A stretch of DNA of 64,000 nt from an uncultured Gemmatimonadales bacterium (lineage in GTDB: Bacteria; Gemmatimonadota; Gemmatimonadetes; Gemmatimonadales; GWC2-71-9), in contig CAVZZO010000001.1 of assembly GCA_963779755.1 (NCBI GenBank), positions 256,001 through 320,000 of the forward strand, written 5' to 3'. The notes under the pieces are model-generated. The model was not told the origin of the DNA. It searched no databases and was given only the letters and a program-made list of their open reading frames with translations. This document shows, piece after piece, positions 1 to 8,733 of the stretch (position 1 is its first letter; the number at the start of each line of letters is the position of its first letter). Made by a program: the position numbers and the translations under genes.

Positions 1-761
1 ATCAGCCGGGCGATGGCCCGCTCCAGCCGGTGCTCCCCGGTGGCCTCCCGCAGCCGCCGTAACGAGCCGTGAAACCGGATCCGCCCCTCCAGGAGAAACA
101 CGACGTCTTCCACCAGGTCCTCCAGCTCGCTCAGGACATGCGAGCTAATGAGGACGGTCACGCCCCGCTTCCGGGCGGCCAGGATGTGCTCCTTCAGGAT
201 GCCGCTGGCGATGGGGTCCAGGCCCGCGGTAGGCTCATCCAGCACCAGCAGGGCGGGGCGGAAAAGGAAGGCAATGGCGGCGTTGAGCTTCTGCCGGGTC
301 CCGCCGCTCAGCGCTCGCACCGGCTTGTCCAGGTCGCCCTCGAGATCAAACTCCCGCAGGAGCCGCCGGTCGGGCGTGTCCCGGCGCCCCCGCAGGTCCT
401 GCAGCAGATCCAGCACCTCCCGCCCGGCCAGGTTCTCGGGAAACCGTGCCTGCTGCGGCATGTACCCGATGCGCTCCCGATAGCCGCAGCCTGCGTCCAC
501 CGACTCGCCCCCCACCACAATGCGGCCCCGGTCGGGGCGGGTCAGGCCAAGCACGCACCTGATCAGTGTGGACTTGCCGGCGCCGTTGGGGCCGAGCACC
601 GCGGTGATTCGCCCGGCCGCCAGGGTCAGATCCACACCCTCCAGGGCGGGCCGCCGGCCGAATCGCTTTCGCAGCCCGCTGATTTCCACGGCGGCGGGCG
701 CGCCGGGGTGGGGGGTCACCAGGTGCAGGCCCGCATCCGCCAAGGCCAGGGGCGCATTCAT
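1..761 (-). CDS. nosF: ABC transporter ATP-binding protein NosF (3' end beyond window start)
   Basis: Manual minus-strand translation from ATG 761: MNAPLALADAG...VEISGLRKRFGRRPALEGVDLTLAAGRITAVLGPNGAGKSTL (Walker A). ATGA overlap with the nosD stop. Not in the ORF track because it runs off the window. Confidence 0.88.
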   Translation of the reverse strand, partial: MNAPLALADAGLHLVTPHPGAPAAVEISGLRKRFGRRPALEGVDLTLAAGRITAVLGPNGAGKSTLIRCVLGLTRPDRGRIVVGGESVDAGCGYRERIGYMPQQARFPENLAGREVLDLLQDLRGRRDTPDRRLLREFDLEGDLDKPVRALSGGTRQKLNAAIAFLFRPALLVLDEPTAGLDPIASGILKEHILAARKRGVTVLISSHVLSELEDLVEDVVFLLEGRIRFHGSLRRLREATGEHRLERAIARL

Positions 762-1999
762 GAGGGCCACCGCATGAGCGGCCGGTCGTCGACCAGGGTT
801 TCGGGCGTGAGCACGGGCAGTACCCGTTCGGCGGTATCCAGCAGGTCAATCAGAAAGCTGCGCATGAGGATGAGTGCGGGCTCGTGTTCGGCCACGACCA
901 GCGAGAAGAGCCGGACCGGCCGGTAGGGGACGTCGCCCCGGCCGTCCCGGTCCAGGTCGTACCCGGTGTAGTGGTCCCAGTAGTTGCCGGTGAAGCTGCT
1001 GTGGCTGCTCCGGCTGTTGGTGGCGACGTCGAAACTGTTTCCCAGAAAGGCGTTGCGCCGGAAGGTGTCGTCCAGCGAGCTGGCCGTGATACGTACCGCC
1101 CAGCCGTTCTCCTCGAACCGGTTCCCGCTTACCGTCACCCGGCTCGAGGTCTCCAGCACCAGCCCCACGCTGTTGCCGCGAAAGCGGTTGTCCTCCACCC
1201 GGCTGCCGGTGATCTCCTTGAGCAGCAGTCCGTAGGCCGAGCCGCCCCGGCTCTGCGCGAAGAGATTGCCGGTCATGGTCATGTGGTGGGTGTACATGAC
1301 CGCGACGCCCGCTCCGTTGCCGGTGAAGACGTTGCGATCGTAGCGGCAGCTGTCCGAAAACATGAAGTGCAGCCCGTAGCGCAGGTTGGCCGAGCTGGTG
1401 TTCCCCCGGATCAGCGCGTGGTGCACAAATTCGAAATAGAGGCCGTCGCGGTGGCCGGTGAGCACATTATTCTCGATGACGAAACCGCTGGACGACCAGA
1501 GATGAATCGCATTGCCGGAGCCGGCCTCGCTGCGCGCGCGGCCTTCCACCCGGTTGCCGCGCAGCACGCAGTCGCGCGATTTCGCGGCATAGATGCCGAA
1601 GAAGGTATTGACCAGCCGGTTGTTCTCCAGCCGGCAGCCGCGGACGCCCTCCAGCCGGATCCCGGCCCGGTCCTCCATGTAACTGGTGCCGACGTTTCGC
1701 ACCAGCAGCCCCTGCAGCACCACGCTGTCCGCCCGGACCAGCAGCACGCCGTGCGTCCCGCCGCCGTCCAGCACGGGATAGTCCCGCCCGATGATAGTGA
1801 CGCGCCGATCTACCAGGATGGTCGGTTCCCGGTACACGCCGGGCTCCACCAGGATGGTATCGCCGGGGTGCGCGCGGCTGATCGCCAACCCGAGCGACGG
1901 CAGCGGGCCGCCGGGCGAGACCACCAGCTGCTGCGCCTCCGCCGCGCCCGCCCCCAGCCAGGTCAGGCCCGCGAGCAGGACCGCCAGCCGGCGGATCAT
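758..1999 (-). CDS. nosD: Nitrous oxide reductase maturation protein NosD
   Basis: Signal peptide MIRRLAVLLAGL; beta-helix repeats; motifs GNAIHLW, RDGLY, LRYGLHFMFS, GNYWDHYTGYDLDRDGRGDVPY. Start set at the ATG overlapping the nosL stop. Confidence 0.93.
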   Translation of the reverse strand: MIRRLAVLLAGLTWLGAGAAEAQQLVVSPGGPLPSLGLAISRAHPGDTILVEPGVYREPTILVDRRVTIIGRDYPVLDGGGTHGVLLVRADSVVLQGLLVRNVGTSYMEDRAGIRLEGVRGCRLENNRLVNTFFGIYAAKSRDCVLRGNRVEGRARSEAGSGNAIHLWSSSGFVIENNVLTGHRDGLYFEFVHHALIRGNTSSANLRYGLHFMFSDSCRYDRNVFTGNGAGVAVMYTHHMTMTGNLFAQSRGGSAYGLLLKEITGSRVEDNRFRGNSVGLVLETSSRVTVSGNRFEENGWAVRITASSLDDTFRRNAFLGNSFDVATNSRSSHSSFTGNYWDHYTGYDLDRDGRGDVPYRPVRLFSLVVAEHEPALILMRSFLIDLLDTAERVLPVLTPETLVDDRPLMRWPS

Positions 2000-2472
2000 G
2001 GAGTTCCCCCGGCGGCCTGCATGTGCGGATCGGGGAGCCGCAGGACCGCCTGCCAGCTCAGCACCTCTCCGCCGACCAGGTGCTGCAGGCTGTCCGCCTC
2101 GGCGCCCGGGCGCACGGCGGCGAGCCCGCTCCCCATGGGCGTATGCAGCCGGTCGCTGCGGAGATAGACGGCGCTGTCCGCCGGGAGGCGCCGCTCCGGC
2201 TGGAAGAAATCGTTGACCCAGAGGCCGGCGACGGCCGCCGTGTCGACCCGCCCCCCGCGATAGAATCGCGCCAGGCAACCGGCCTCATCGAAGGCGTAGA
2301 CTTTCCCCCTACGGGTCACCAGCTGCGCCGCATACCGCGGCTCGGCAATGGTCATGTGGCAGTGATCGCAGGCCTGCCGGCCGTATGCAATGGGCGCCGG
2401 TGGAGCGGCGGAGCCGCCGCATCCCTGGAGCACGGCCAGCAGCAGCAACAGGAACACCGGACGCGACCTCAC
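1996..2472 (-). CDS. nosL: Copper chaperone lipoprotein NosL
   Basis: Lipobox-like LQGC; CDHCHMTI (CxxCxM), FDEAGC and TPMGSGL motifs typical of NosL; nos context. Confidence 0.9.
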   Translation of the reverse strand: MRSRPVFLLLLLAVLQGCGGSAAPPAPIAYGRQACDHCHMTIAEPRYAAQLVTRRGKVYAFDEAGCLARFYRGGRVDTAAVAGLWVNDFFQPERRLPADSAVYLRSDRLHTPMGSGLAAVRPGAEADSLQHLVGGEVLSWQAVLRLPDPHMQAAGGTP

Positions 2473-3107
2473 ACCGCCACCGTTTCGGAACGAGCCGGGC
2501 GGACGGAGGAGGCCCGCGCCGGGCCGTTCCCCGCCTTGCGCCGGCGCCCCTCCAGCAGAAAGATCCCCAGGGCAACCGCCACCACGCCAAAGGCGACCCA
2601 GGCGCCCGCCGCCGGCCAGGAGAAGGCGTGGAAGTTCAGCATCTGGCGGCCGCCGAGCAGCGGCGGCTGATACGACATTCCGGGGATCTTGATGGCGGCG
2701 TGCGGGTTGAGATTATGGCCGTAGTCGTATTCCCACTTGTAGAAGTCGGCCAGCCCGCCGGCGGCCAGGGCCAGGAACACGGCCAGCCACACCCCCAGCA
2801 TCCAGCGCCGCCCGCCCGCCGCCGCGGCCAGCCCCAGCAGAATGAGCCCGCGCACGATCCAGGGCATGATACGGAGCTCGGGAATGGCGTCGGGGTCGAT
2901 CGCCTTCATGCCGATGTAGTGGTTGAGGCCGTTGATGCTCTGCAGATCCTGGGGCTTCTCGCCGCGGATGTGATCCATCTCGATGTAGAGCCCCAGGCCT
3001 TCGGGATATTGCGGCGCCTTGAGCGCGATATGCCACAGCGGCAGGGCGTAGAGCAGGCCCAGCGCAAGCACGGCGACGGCAAGCAGGATTCGAGAGGACC
3101 GTTGCAT
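2469..3107 (-). CDS. nosB: Clade II nos membrane protein (NosB-like)
   Basis: About 4 hydrophobic segments; APQYPEGL, INGLNHYIGM, YDYGHNL, PGMSYQPPLLG motifs; directly downstream of nosZ. Start 3107 preferred (GGAG upstream); 3122 is the alternative. Confidence 0.8.
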   Translation of the reverse strand: MQRSSRILLAVAVLALGLLYALPLWHIALKAPQYPEGLGLYIEMDHIRGEKPQDLQSINGLNHYIGMKAIDPDAIPELRIMPWIVRGLILLGLAAAAGGRRWMLGVWLAVFLALAAGGLADFYKWEYDYGHNLNPHAAIKIPGMSYQPPLLGGRQMLNFHAFSWPAAGAWVAFGVVAVALGIFLLEGRRRKAGNGPARASSVRPARSETVAV

Positions 3108-3146
3108 CACATCTTCTCCCATCCAAGACCTGGGACTGAAGACCGG

Positions 3147-3185
3147 GGACTGAGCCGAGACCGTGGAAGCCTCGCTCAGTCCTCA
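3147..3185 (-). promoter_or_regulatory. Intergenic stem-loop between nosZ and nosB (mRNA stabiliser or attenuator)
   Basis: GGGACTGAGCCGAG ... CTCGCTCAGTCCTC inverted repeat built from heptamer-like units; no U-tract. Confidence 0.5.
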
Positions 3186-3199
3186 GCCTCCAGCCCTGG

Positions 3200-5167
3200 T
3201 TACTGCGGAGTGTTGTAGGTGACCGCCACCTGCGAACCCCGCGGCGACACCCGGATGTAGCCCTGCATCTCCTGGTGAAGAGCGGAGCAGAAATCGGTGC
3301 AGTAGAACGGAAAGACTCCGATCTTCTGCGGCACCCAGACCAGGGTCCGGGTCTGCCCCGGCATGATGAGCAGCTCGGCGTTCTGATTCCCCAGCACCGC
3401 GAACCCGTGCGGGACATCCCAGTCCTGCTCCAGGTTGGTAACGTGGAAGTAGACGGAATCGCCCAGCTGCACGCCTTCGATATTATCGGGCATGAAGTGA
3501 CTGCGGATCGCCGTCATATACACGTGCACCTTGCTGCCCTCCCGCACCACCTTCGCGTCCTTTTCGCTCCGGGTGACGAAGGGGTCCTTGCTGTCGGCCA
3601 GGGAGTAGGTCTTGACCTGCTTGTCCTTGATGATGGAGGCCGGCAGCGCCTGCGCGTAATGCGGCTCTCCGATGGTGGGGAAGTCGAGCAGCATCTTCAT
3701 CTTGTCGCCGCTGATGTCGATCAGCTGGGCCGATTGGGTCAGCTCGGGCCCGGTGGGCAGGTAGCGGTCCTTGGTGATCTTGTTGAGCGCCACCAGGTAC
3801 TTGCCCCAGGGCTGATGGCTGTCGCCGCCCGGAATCATCAGATGGCCGATAGAGTAGTACACCGGAATCCGGTCTACCACCTTGAAGTCCTTCAGGCTCC
3901 ACTTCACCACCTCGGAGCTGATGAACATCGAGGTATAGGCGTAGCCCTTGCCGTCGAACTCGGTGTGCAACGGCCCCAGCCCGGGGTTCTGCACCTCGCC
4001 GGCCAGAACGGATTCATACTTCAGCACCGGGATGCCGTCGACCTCGCCCTCGAATTCCCGGTTCTCGATCGCCTTCAGCATCTTCGTGAAGGAATGCACC
4101 GGGATCACCGTGGAGAGCTTGCCCCCCGCCGCAATGAACTCGCCGGTGGGATCCACGTTGACGCCGTGCGGCGACTTGGGGGTGGGAAGGAAGTAAATCA
4201 TCCCCGGGCAGTCCTGGACGTTGAGCACCTTCACGCTGGTGAGCATCTCGCTCCTGGCGCGCTGGTCCTCTCCGATCCAGTTATGCGCGTACCGGGCAGG
4301 CTCCGTCCGCGCCTTGCCCGCGCCGACACACTGTTCAGCCTGTTTCCAGTTCACGGCGGCGACATAATCTTTGTCCTTCTGCGAGGCATTCACCTCCAGC
4401 AGGGTGTGTGCCTGCTCCGAGTTGTAGGAGGTGAAGAAGGCCCACCCGCTGGACGGGCCCTTGCCGGCGCGGGCCAGGTCGTAATCGAAGCCCGGAACCC
4501 TGATCTGAAAGGCGATCGCCATGCGGCCGGTGGAGGAATCCACCTTCGTGAAGGTGATCAGGCCGGCGAATGCTTTGGCATAATCGGCAATGGACACGTC
4601 GCGCTGAGGCGTCGGGACGCTGAATCGGGTCGCGGCCACGGCGTATTCGGTATTCGACGTCACGAAGGGGGACGCATGGTTGCCCGCCGAGTTCGGGATC
4701 TCCAGGATTTCGTCGGTCTCGAACCGGGTCAGGTCCAGCCGGGCGATCCGGGGCGTGTTGTTGCCATTGATAAACAGCCAGCGGCCGTCGGGAACACCGC
4801 CGGTCTGAGACAGTTCGGGGTGGTGGGCATCATCCCACGGCACAAACCCGTAACTGGTCATCAGCATGTTCTTGGTGTCTTCGCTGTATCCGTAGCCGTT
4901 TTCCGCATTCTGCGCGAAGACCGGCACCAGCCGCAGCAGGCGCCCGGAAGGAAGGCCATACACGCCGACCTGGCCGTTGAACCCGCCCGACATGAACGCG
5001 TAGAACTCATCGTACTTGCCTGGGGGGACGTACACCCGCTGGGCCGCATCGCCGGCGCTGGCGACGGCCGGCGTATCGCTCGTGCCGCAACCGCTCAGCG
5101 ACAGCGCGCCGGCGGTGAGGGCCAGCATCCCGAATCCCGAAAGGGGAAACCGCATCCTGCCGAACAT
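3200..5167 (-). CDS. nosZ: Sec-dependent (clade II) nitrous oxide reductase
   Basis: GGAGG RBS before ATG 5167; LSGC lipobox and no twin-arginine motif; CuZ histidines (DAHH, GNH, PHG, GPLH, IGH, EPH); CuA motif H...CTDFCSALHQEM; no C-terminal haem c domain. Confidence 0.97.
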   Translation of the reverse strand: MFGRMRFPLSGFGMLALTAGALSLSGCGTSDTPAVASAGDAAQRVYVPPGKYDEFYAFMSGGFNGQVGVYGLPSGRLLRLVPVFAQNAENGYGYSEDTKNMLMTSYGFVPWDDAHHPELSQTGGVPDGRWLFINGNNTPRIARLDLTRFETDEILEIPNSAGNHASPFVTSNTEYAVAATRFSVPTPQRDVSIADYAKAFAGLITFTKVDSSTGRMAIAFQIRVPGFDYDLARAGKGPSSGWAFFTSYNSEQAHTLLEVNASQKDKDYVAAVNWKQAEQCVGAGKARTEPARYAHNWIGEDQRARSEMLTSVKVLNVQDCPGMIYFLPTPKSPHGVNVDPTGEFIAAGGKLSTVIPVHSFTKMLKAIENREFEGEVDGIPVLKYESVLAGEVQNPGLGPLHTEFDGKGYAYTSMFISSEVVKWSLKDFKVVDRIPVYYSIGHLMIPGGDSHQPWGKYLVALNKITKDRYLPTGPELTQSAQLIDISGDKMKMLLDFPTIGEPHYAQALPASIIKDKQVKTYSLADSKDPFVTRSEKDAKVVREGSKVHVYMTAIRSHFMPDNIEGVQLGDSVYFHVTNLEQDWDVPHGFAVLGNQNAELLIMPGQTRTLVWVPQKIGVFPFYCTDFCSALHQEMQGYIRVSPRGSQVAVTYNTPQ

Positions 5168-5217
5168 GTGGTAACCTCCAAGAAGGCCAGGGGCCGGTTG
5201 GACGTGAGGTGTCGCGC

Positions 5218-5706
5218 TTACTTGCCGGCGGCCGTGGTATCCACGGACCGGAAATACTCCAGCAGATCCCGCGCTTCCTCGCGCGTGAGGTTCAGATTGG
5301 GCATCTGAGTCATGTACTCGCCCAGCAGCTGCCGGGCGGCGGGATGTTTGTTGTACATCCCGTCGGGGTTGAGGATCATGTTCATGACATAGGCGGGAGT
5401 GCGCCGCTCGGTGACCTGCCCCAGGGGCGGCCCCACATAGCGTTGATCCAGTTTGTGGCAGGCGCTGCACTTGCTCTCGAAGAGTTTCTCCCCCCGTTCC
5501 GCCATCTCATGGTCCACCGGCCCCACCTCGACCGCCTGGGTGACCGGCCCAATGCCGTTTTCCAGCTGGAAGGGCGTGAGGCCTGTATCAGCCGCCGCGG
5601 CAGGGGCCTCGGAGTCGCCGGACTGCGAGTCGCCCTTCCCACCACAGCCGGCAGCGAATACCAGGGCAGCCACCAGAGCGAATCTGTTAAATGATTGTGA
5701 AACCAT
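5218..5706 (-). CDS. Monohaem c-type cytochrome lipoprotein (nos-associated, NosC-like)
   Basis: Signal ending AAGC; CSACH haem motif; VGPPL and distal YMTQMPN; first gene of the nos cluster. Confidence 0.88.
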   Translation of the reverse strand: MVSQSFNRFALVAALVFAAGCGGKGDSQSGDSEAPAAAADTGLTPFQLENGIGPVTQAVEVGPVDHEMAERGEKLFESKCSACHKLDQRYVGPPLGQVTERRTPAYVMNMILNPDGMYNKHPAARQLLGEYMTQMPNLNLTREEARDLLEYFRSVDTTAAGK

Positions 5707-5793
5707 AACTTCCTCGGTATGCAGGGAGAGCCATGGGCCCGTGTTCAGGCCGGATCTGGACGTCGGGCTGCCTGAGCCCTACATTGTGGGGGA

Positions 5794-5823
5794 GATATTA
5801 TCATATTCACATGATAATATCAA
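5794..5823. promoter_or_regulatory. Perfect 11-6-11 palindrome (putative Rrf2 operator) overlapping a sigma70-type promoter for the nos operon
   Basis: GATATTATCAT (5794-5804), 6 bp spacer, ATGATAATATC (5811-5821). Minus strand reads TTGATA-N17-TAATAT (5823-5795). Confidence 0.7.
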
Positions 5824-5876
5824 GAACTACCTTTGAAGGGTCCTTCATGGTACTGCCCCAGAAGCCGGAGAATCCC

Positions 5877-6275
5877 GTGCTGTCGCAGACCGCCGAGTAT
5901 GCCCTGCGGACCGTGCTCCACCTCGCCAGCCGCCCCCCCGGGAGCGGGCCCGCCCGGGTAGGCGAGCTGGCCCGCATCCTGGGCATTCCTCAGAACTATC
6001 TCTCCAAAACGCTGCACCTGCTGGCACGGGATGGCATCCTGTCCTCGACTCGCGGCAAGCATGGCGGCTTTCAGCTCGCCCGCCCTGCCGACCGGATCAC
6101 CCTGCTCGATATCGTCGGCCCCTTCGACCGGATGGAGCAGCGCCGGCAGTGCCTGCTCGGCCGTCCCACCTGCAGTGATCTCACCCCCTGCGCGGCGCAC
6201 GGGCGGTGGCGCGAAACGGCCGAGAAGGTGGCCAGTTTCTTCCGCGAAACAACGGTGGCCGATCTGCAGGACTGA
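5877..6275 (+). CDS. Rrf2 family transcriptional regulator, probable Fe-S cluster
   Basis: LSQTAEYALR, YLSKTLHLL, STRGKHGGFQLARPADRITLLDIV; C-X6-C-X5-C-X2-H. GTG 5877 has GGAG upstream; ATG 5847 is the alternative. Confidence 0.92.
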   Translation: MLSQTAEYALRTVLHLASRPPGSGPARVGELARILGIPQNYLSKTLHLLARDGILSSTRGKHGGFQLARPADRITLLDIVGPFDRMEQRRQCLLGRPTCSDLTPCAAHGRWRETAEKVASFFRETTVADLQD

Positions 6276-6368
6276 GCCGGCGGATACCGCCGGGAAGCGG
6301 AATGCCACAGATTAGGGGGCGTTTACCCGTAGAATCGCACTCTTCGCCTCCTCCTGTGGATTTCGATC

Positions 6369-7682
6369 ATGCAGGAAACCGCCCTCACGCCGGTCGAGCT
6401 GTCGGACGCCTGGTCGATACTCTCCCTGGAAGAGCGGCTCGAAGGCTTCCGGCTGCTCCAGCCGGATGACGCCGAGGAGTTCTTCGACGGCCTGAGTGCC
6501 CGCGACCAGGCCGAGCTGATTCTCGCCTTCCCGGCCTCGGAGCACCGCCGCTGGATGCGCATGCTCCCTCCGGACGACGCCGCCGACGTACTGCAGGCGG
6601 CGCCGGAAGAGGAGCGGGGGCGGCTGCTGTCGCTGATCGACGACGGCACCCGCCGCGAAGTCACCGCCCTGCTGGCCTACGCCGAAGACGAAGCCGGAGG
6701 CCTCATGAGCCCCCGGTTTGCGCGGGTGCGGCCGGACATGAGCGTGGACGAGGCGCTGCTCTATCTCCGCAAGCAGGCCGTCCAGCCCGACCAGACCCTC
6801 TATTACGCCTATGTGCTGGACGCGGAACAGCGGCTGCTCGGCGTCATTTCGGTGCGGGGCCTGTTTACCGCCCCCCCGGGCAGGCTGGTGCGGGACACCA
6901 TGGCATCCCCGCCGATCGCGGTGAGCGAGGAAATGGACCAGGAGGCGGTCGCCCGGGTCTTCGCGGAGCACGACCTGCTGGCGGTACCGGTGGTAGACGG
7001 CTACGGCCGCATGAAGGGTGTCGTCACGGTAGACGACATCGTCGAGGTGGTGGAGGAGGAAGCGACCGAGGACATCCAGAAGATCGGCGGCTCGGAAGCG
7101 CTGGATGCGCCCTACCTGCAGGTGGGGCTGGGCGCGATGATCCGCAAGCGGGCCGGCTGGCTGGCGGCGCTCTTTCTGGGCGAAATGCTGACCGCCACGG
7201 CCATGGGGTTCTATCAGCGGGAGATCGCCCAGGCGGTGGTGCTGGCGCTGTTCGTGCCGCTCATCATCAGCAGCGGCGGCAATTCCGGCTCGCAGGCTAC
7301 CACGCTGGTCATCCGCGCCATTGCGCTGCGGGAAGTCCGGCTGCCGGACTGGTGGCGCGTCATGCGCCGCGAGCTGGCAGCCGGCCTCAGTCTGGGGCTT
7401 ATCCTCGCGGCTATCGGCCTGGTTCGCATCCTGGTCTGGCAGGGGGTCGGGGACGCCTATGGGCCGCATTACCTTGCGATTGCGCTGACGGTGGCCATCA
7501 GCCTGGTGGGCGTGGTTCTCTGGGGCACCCTCGCCGGTTCGATGCTGCCGTTCGTGCTGAGGCGCCTCGGGTTCGACCCGGCCAGCGCCTCCGCCCCGTT
7601 CGTCGCCACGGTGGTCGACGTCACCGGACTGGTGATCTACTTCTCCGTGGCCAGCATCATCCTGCACGGTACCCTGCTCTGA
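6369..7682 (+). CDS. mgtE: Magnesium transporter MgtE
   Basis: MgtE N-domain, CBS pair, membrane domain with GGNSGSQA and DPASASAPFVATVVDVTG. Confidence 0.95.
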   Translation: MQETALTPVELSDAWSILSLEERLEGFRLLQPDDAEEFFDGLSARDQAELILAFPASEHRRWMRMLPPDDAADVLQAAPEEERGRLLSLIDDGTRREVTALLAYAEDEAGGLMSPRFARVRPDMSVDEALLYLRKQAVQPDQTLYYAYVLDAEQRLLGVISVRGLFTAPPGRLVRDTMASPPIAVSEEMDQEAVARVFAEHDLLAVPVVDGYGRMKGVVTVDDIVEVVEEEATEDIQKIGGSEALDAPYLQVGLGAMIRKRAGWLAALFLGEMLTATAMGFYQREIAQAVVLALFVPLIISSGGNSGSQATTLVIRAIALREVRLPDWWRVMRRELAAGLSLGLILAAIGLVRILVWQGVGDAYGPHYLAIALTVAISLVGVVLWGTLAGSMLPFVLRRLGFDPASASAPFVATVVDVTGLVIYFSVASIILHGTLL

Positions 7683-7695
7683 CACCCGGGAGGGA

Positions 7696-8733
7696 ATGAC
7701 CAGAAGCCGCGCGCGATCCTACCCCTGGGCCCGCTGGCCCACCGAACGCCTGCTCCAGCTCCGGATGAAGGACCTGGGGCTCACCCTGGCGGGGACCTGG
7801 GTGGAAGACTGTCTCCATCAGCTCTCCGACGAGTTCGCGCTCCGCGGCCTCCGCATGCGGCCGCACGTCTGGCTTTCCGACGAATGGTTCAGCCCGGCCG
7901 ACACGCCCGGCTTCGCGGTGCCGTTCTACCTGGCGCACCCCCGGCTGATGCGTATTGAGCGCAACCGCATGCTGGAAGTTGAGGGGGGCAGCCGGCGCGA
8001 ATGCCTCCGCATCATGCGGCACGAGGCCGGCCACGCGCTGCAGCACGCCTACCAGCTGCACCGGCGGCGGCGCTGGCAGCGGCTCTTCGGCCCCAGCTCC
8101 AGGCGCTATCCCGAGTACTACCGGCCCAACCCGGCGAGCCGGCGCTATGTCCAGCACCTGCGGCTCTGGTACGCGCAGAGCCATCCGGACGAGGACTTCG
8201 CCGAGACCTTTGCGGTCTGGCTCCGGCCCCGCTCCGACTGGCGCAAGCGCTACGCCGGCTGGCCCGCGCTGCGGAAGCTGGAGTACGTGGACCAGCTGAT
8301 GGGAGAGATCGCCCGCGTGCCGATGGCGGTGCGCACCCGGCGGCGCGTCGATCCGGTCTCCCGGCTCACCAAGACGCTGGGCGAACACTATGCCGAGCGC
8401 CAGGCGCGCTACGCCCGGGAGTTTCCGGAGACCTGGGATCGGGACCTGCGCCGGCTCTTCAGCGATGCGCCGCGCCACCGCCATCACGAGGCGGCCAGTG
8501 CGTTCCTGCGTCGCAACCGGGGCGAGATCCGGCGCATGGTGGCCGACTGGACGGGGGAATACCAGTTCACCCTGGATGCCGTGCTCAGCGACATGATCGG
8601 GCGCTGCCGCGAGTTGCGCCTCCGCGCCGTCGGCCCCGAGCGGCAGCTGCAGGTAGACTTCGCCATCGTCCTCACCGTCAATACCATGCACGTGCTCTAC
8701 AGCCGCGGGTTCCGGGACTGGATCGCCCTGTGA
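7696..8733 (+). CDS. Putative zinc-binding metallopeptidase (zincin)
   Basis: HEAGH motif plus YAQSHPDEDFAETFAVWL third-ligand region. Confidence 0.8.
   Translation: MTRSRARSYPWARWPTERLLQLRMKDLGLTLAGTWVEDCLHQLSDEFALRGLRMRPHVWLSDEWFSPADTPGFAVPFYLAHPRLMRIERNRMLEVEGGSRRECLRIMRHEAGHALQHAYQLHRRRRWQRLFGPSSRRYPEYYRPNPASRRYVQHLRLWYAQSHPDEDFAETFAVWLRPRSDWRKRYAGWPALRKLEYVDQLMGEIARVPMAVRTRRRVDPVSRLTKTLGEHYAERQARYAREFPETWDRDLRRLFSDAPRHRHHEAASAFLRRNRGEIRRMVADWTGEYQFTLDAVLSDMIGRCRELRLRAVGPERQLQVDFAIVLTVNTMHVLYSRGFRDWIAL

Noticed and set aside
5811..5823. TTGAT half-site as an FNR/DNR box, or GATAAT as a Fur box
   Set aside because: Spacing is TTGAT-N3-ATCAT, not TTGAT-N4-ATCAA, and it does not form the 7-1-7 Fur box; the 11-6-11 palindrome explains the site better.
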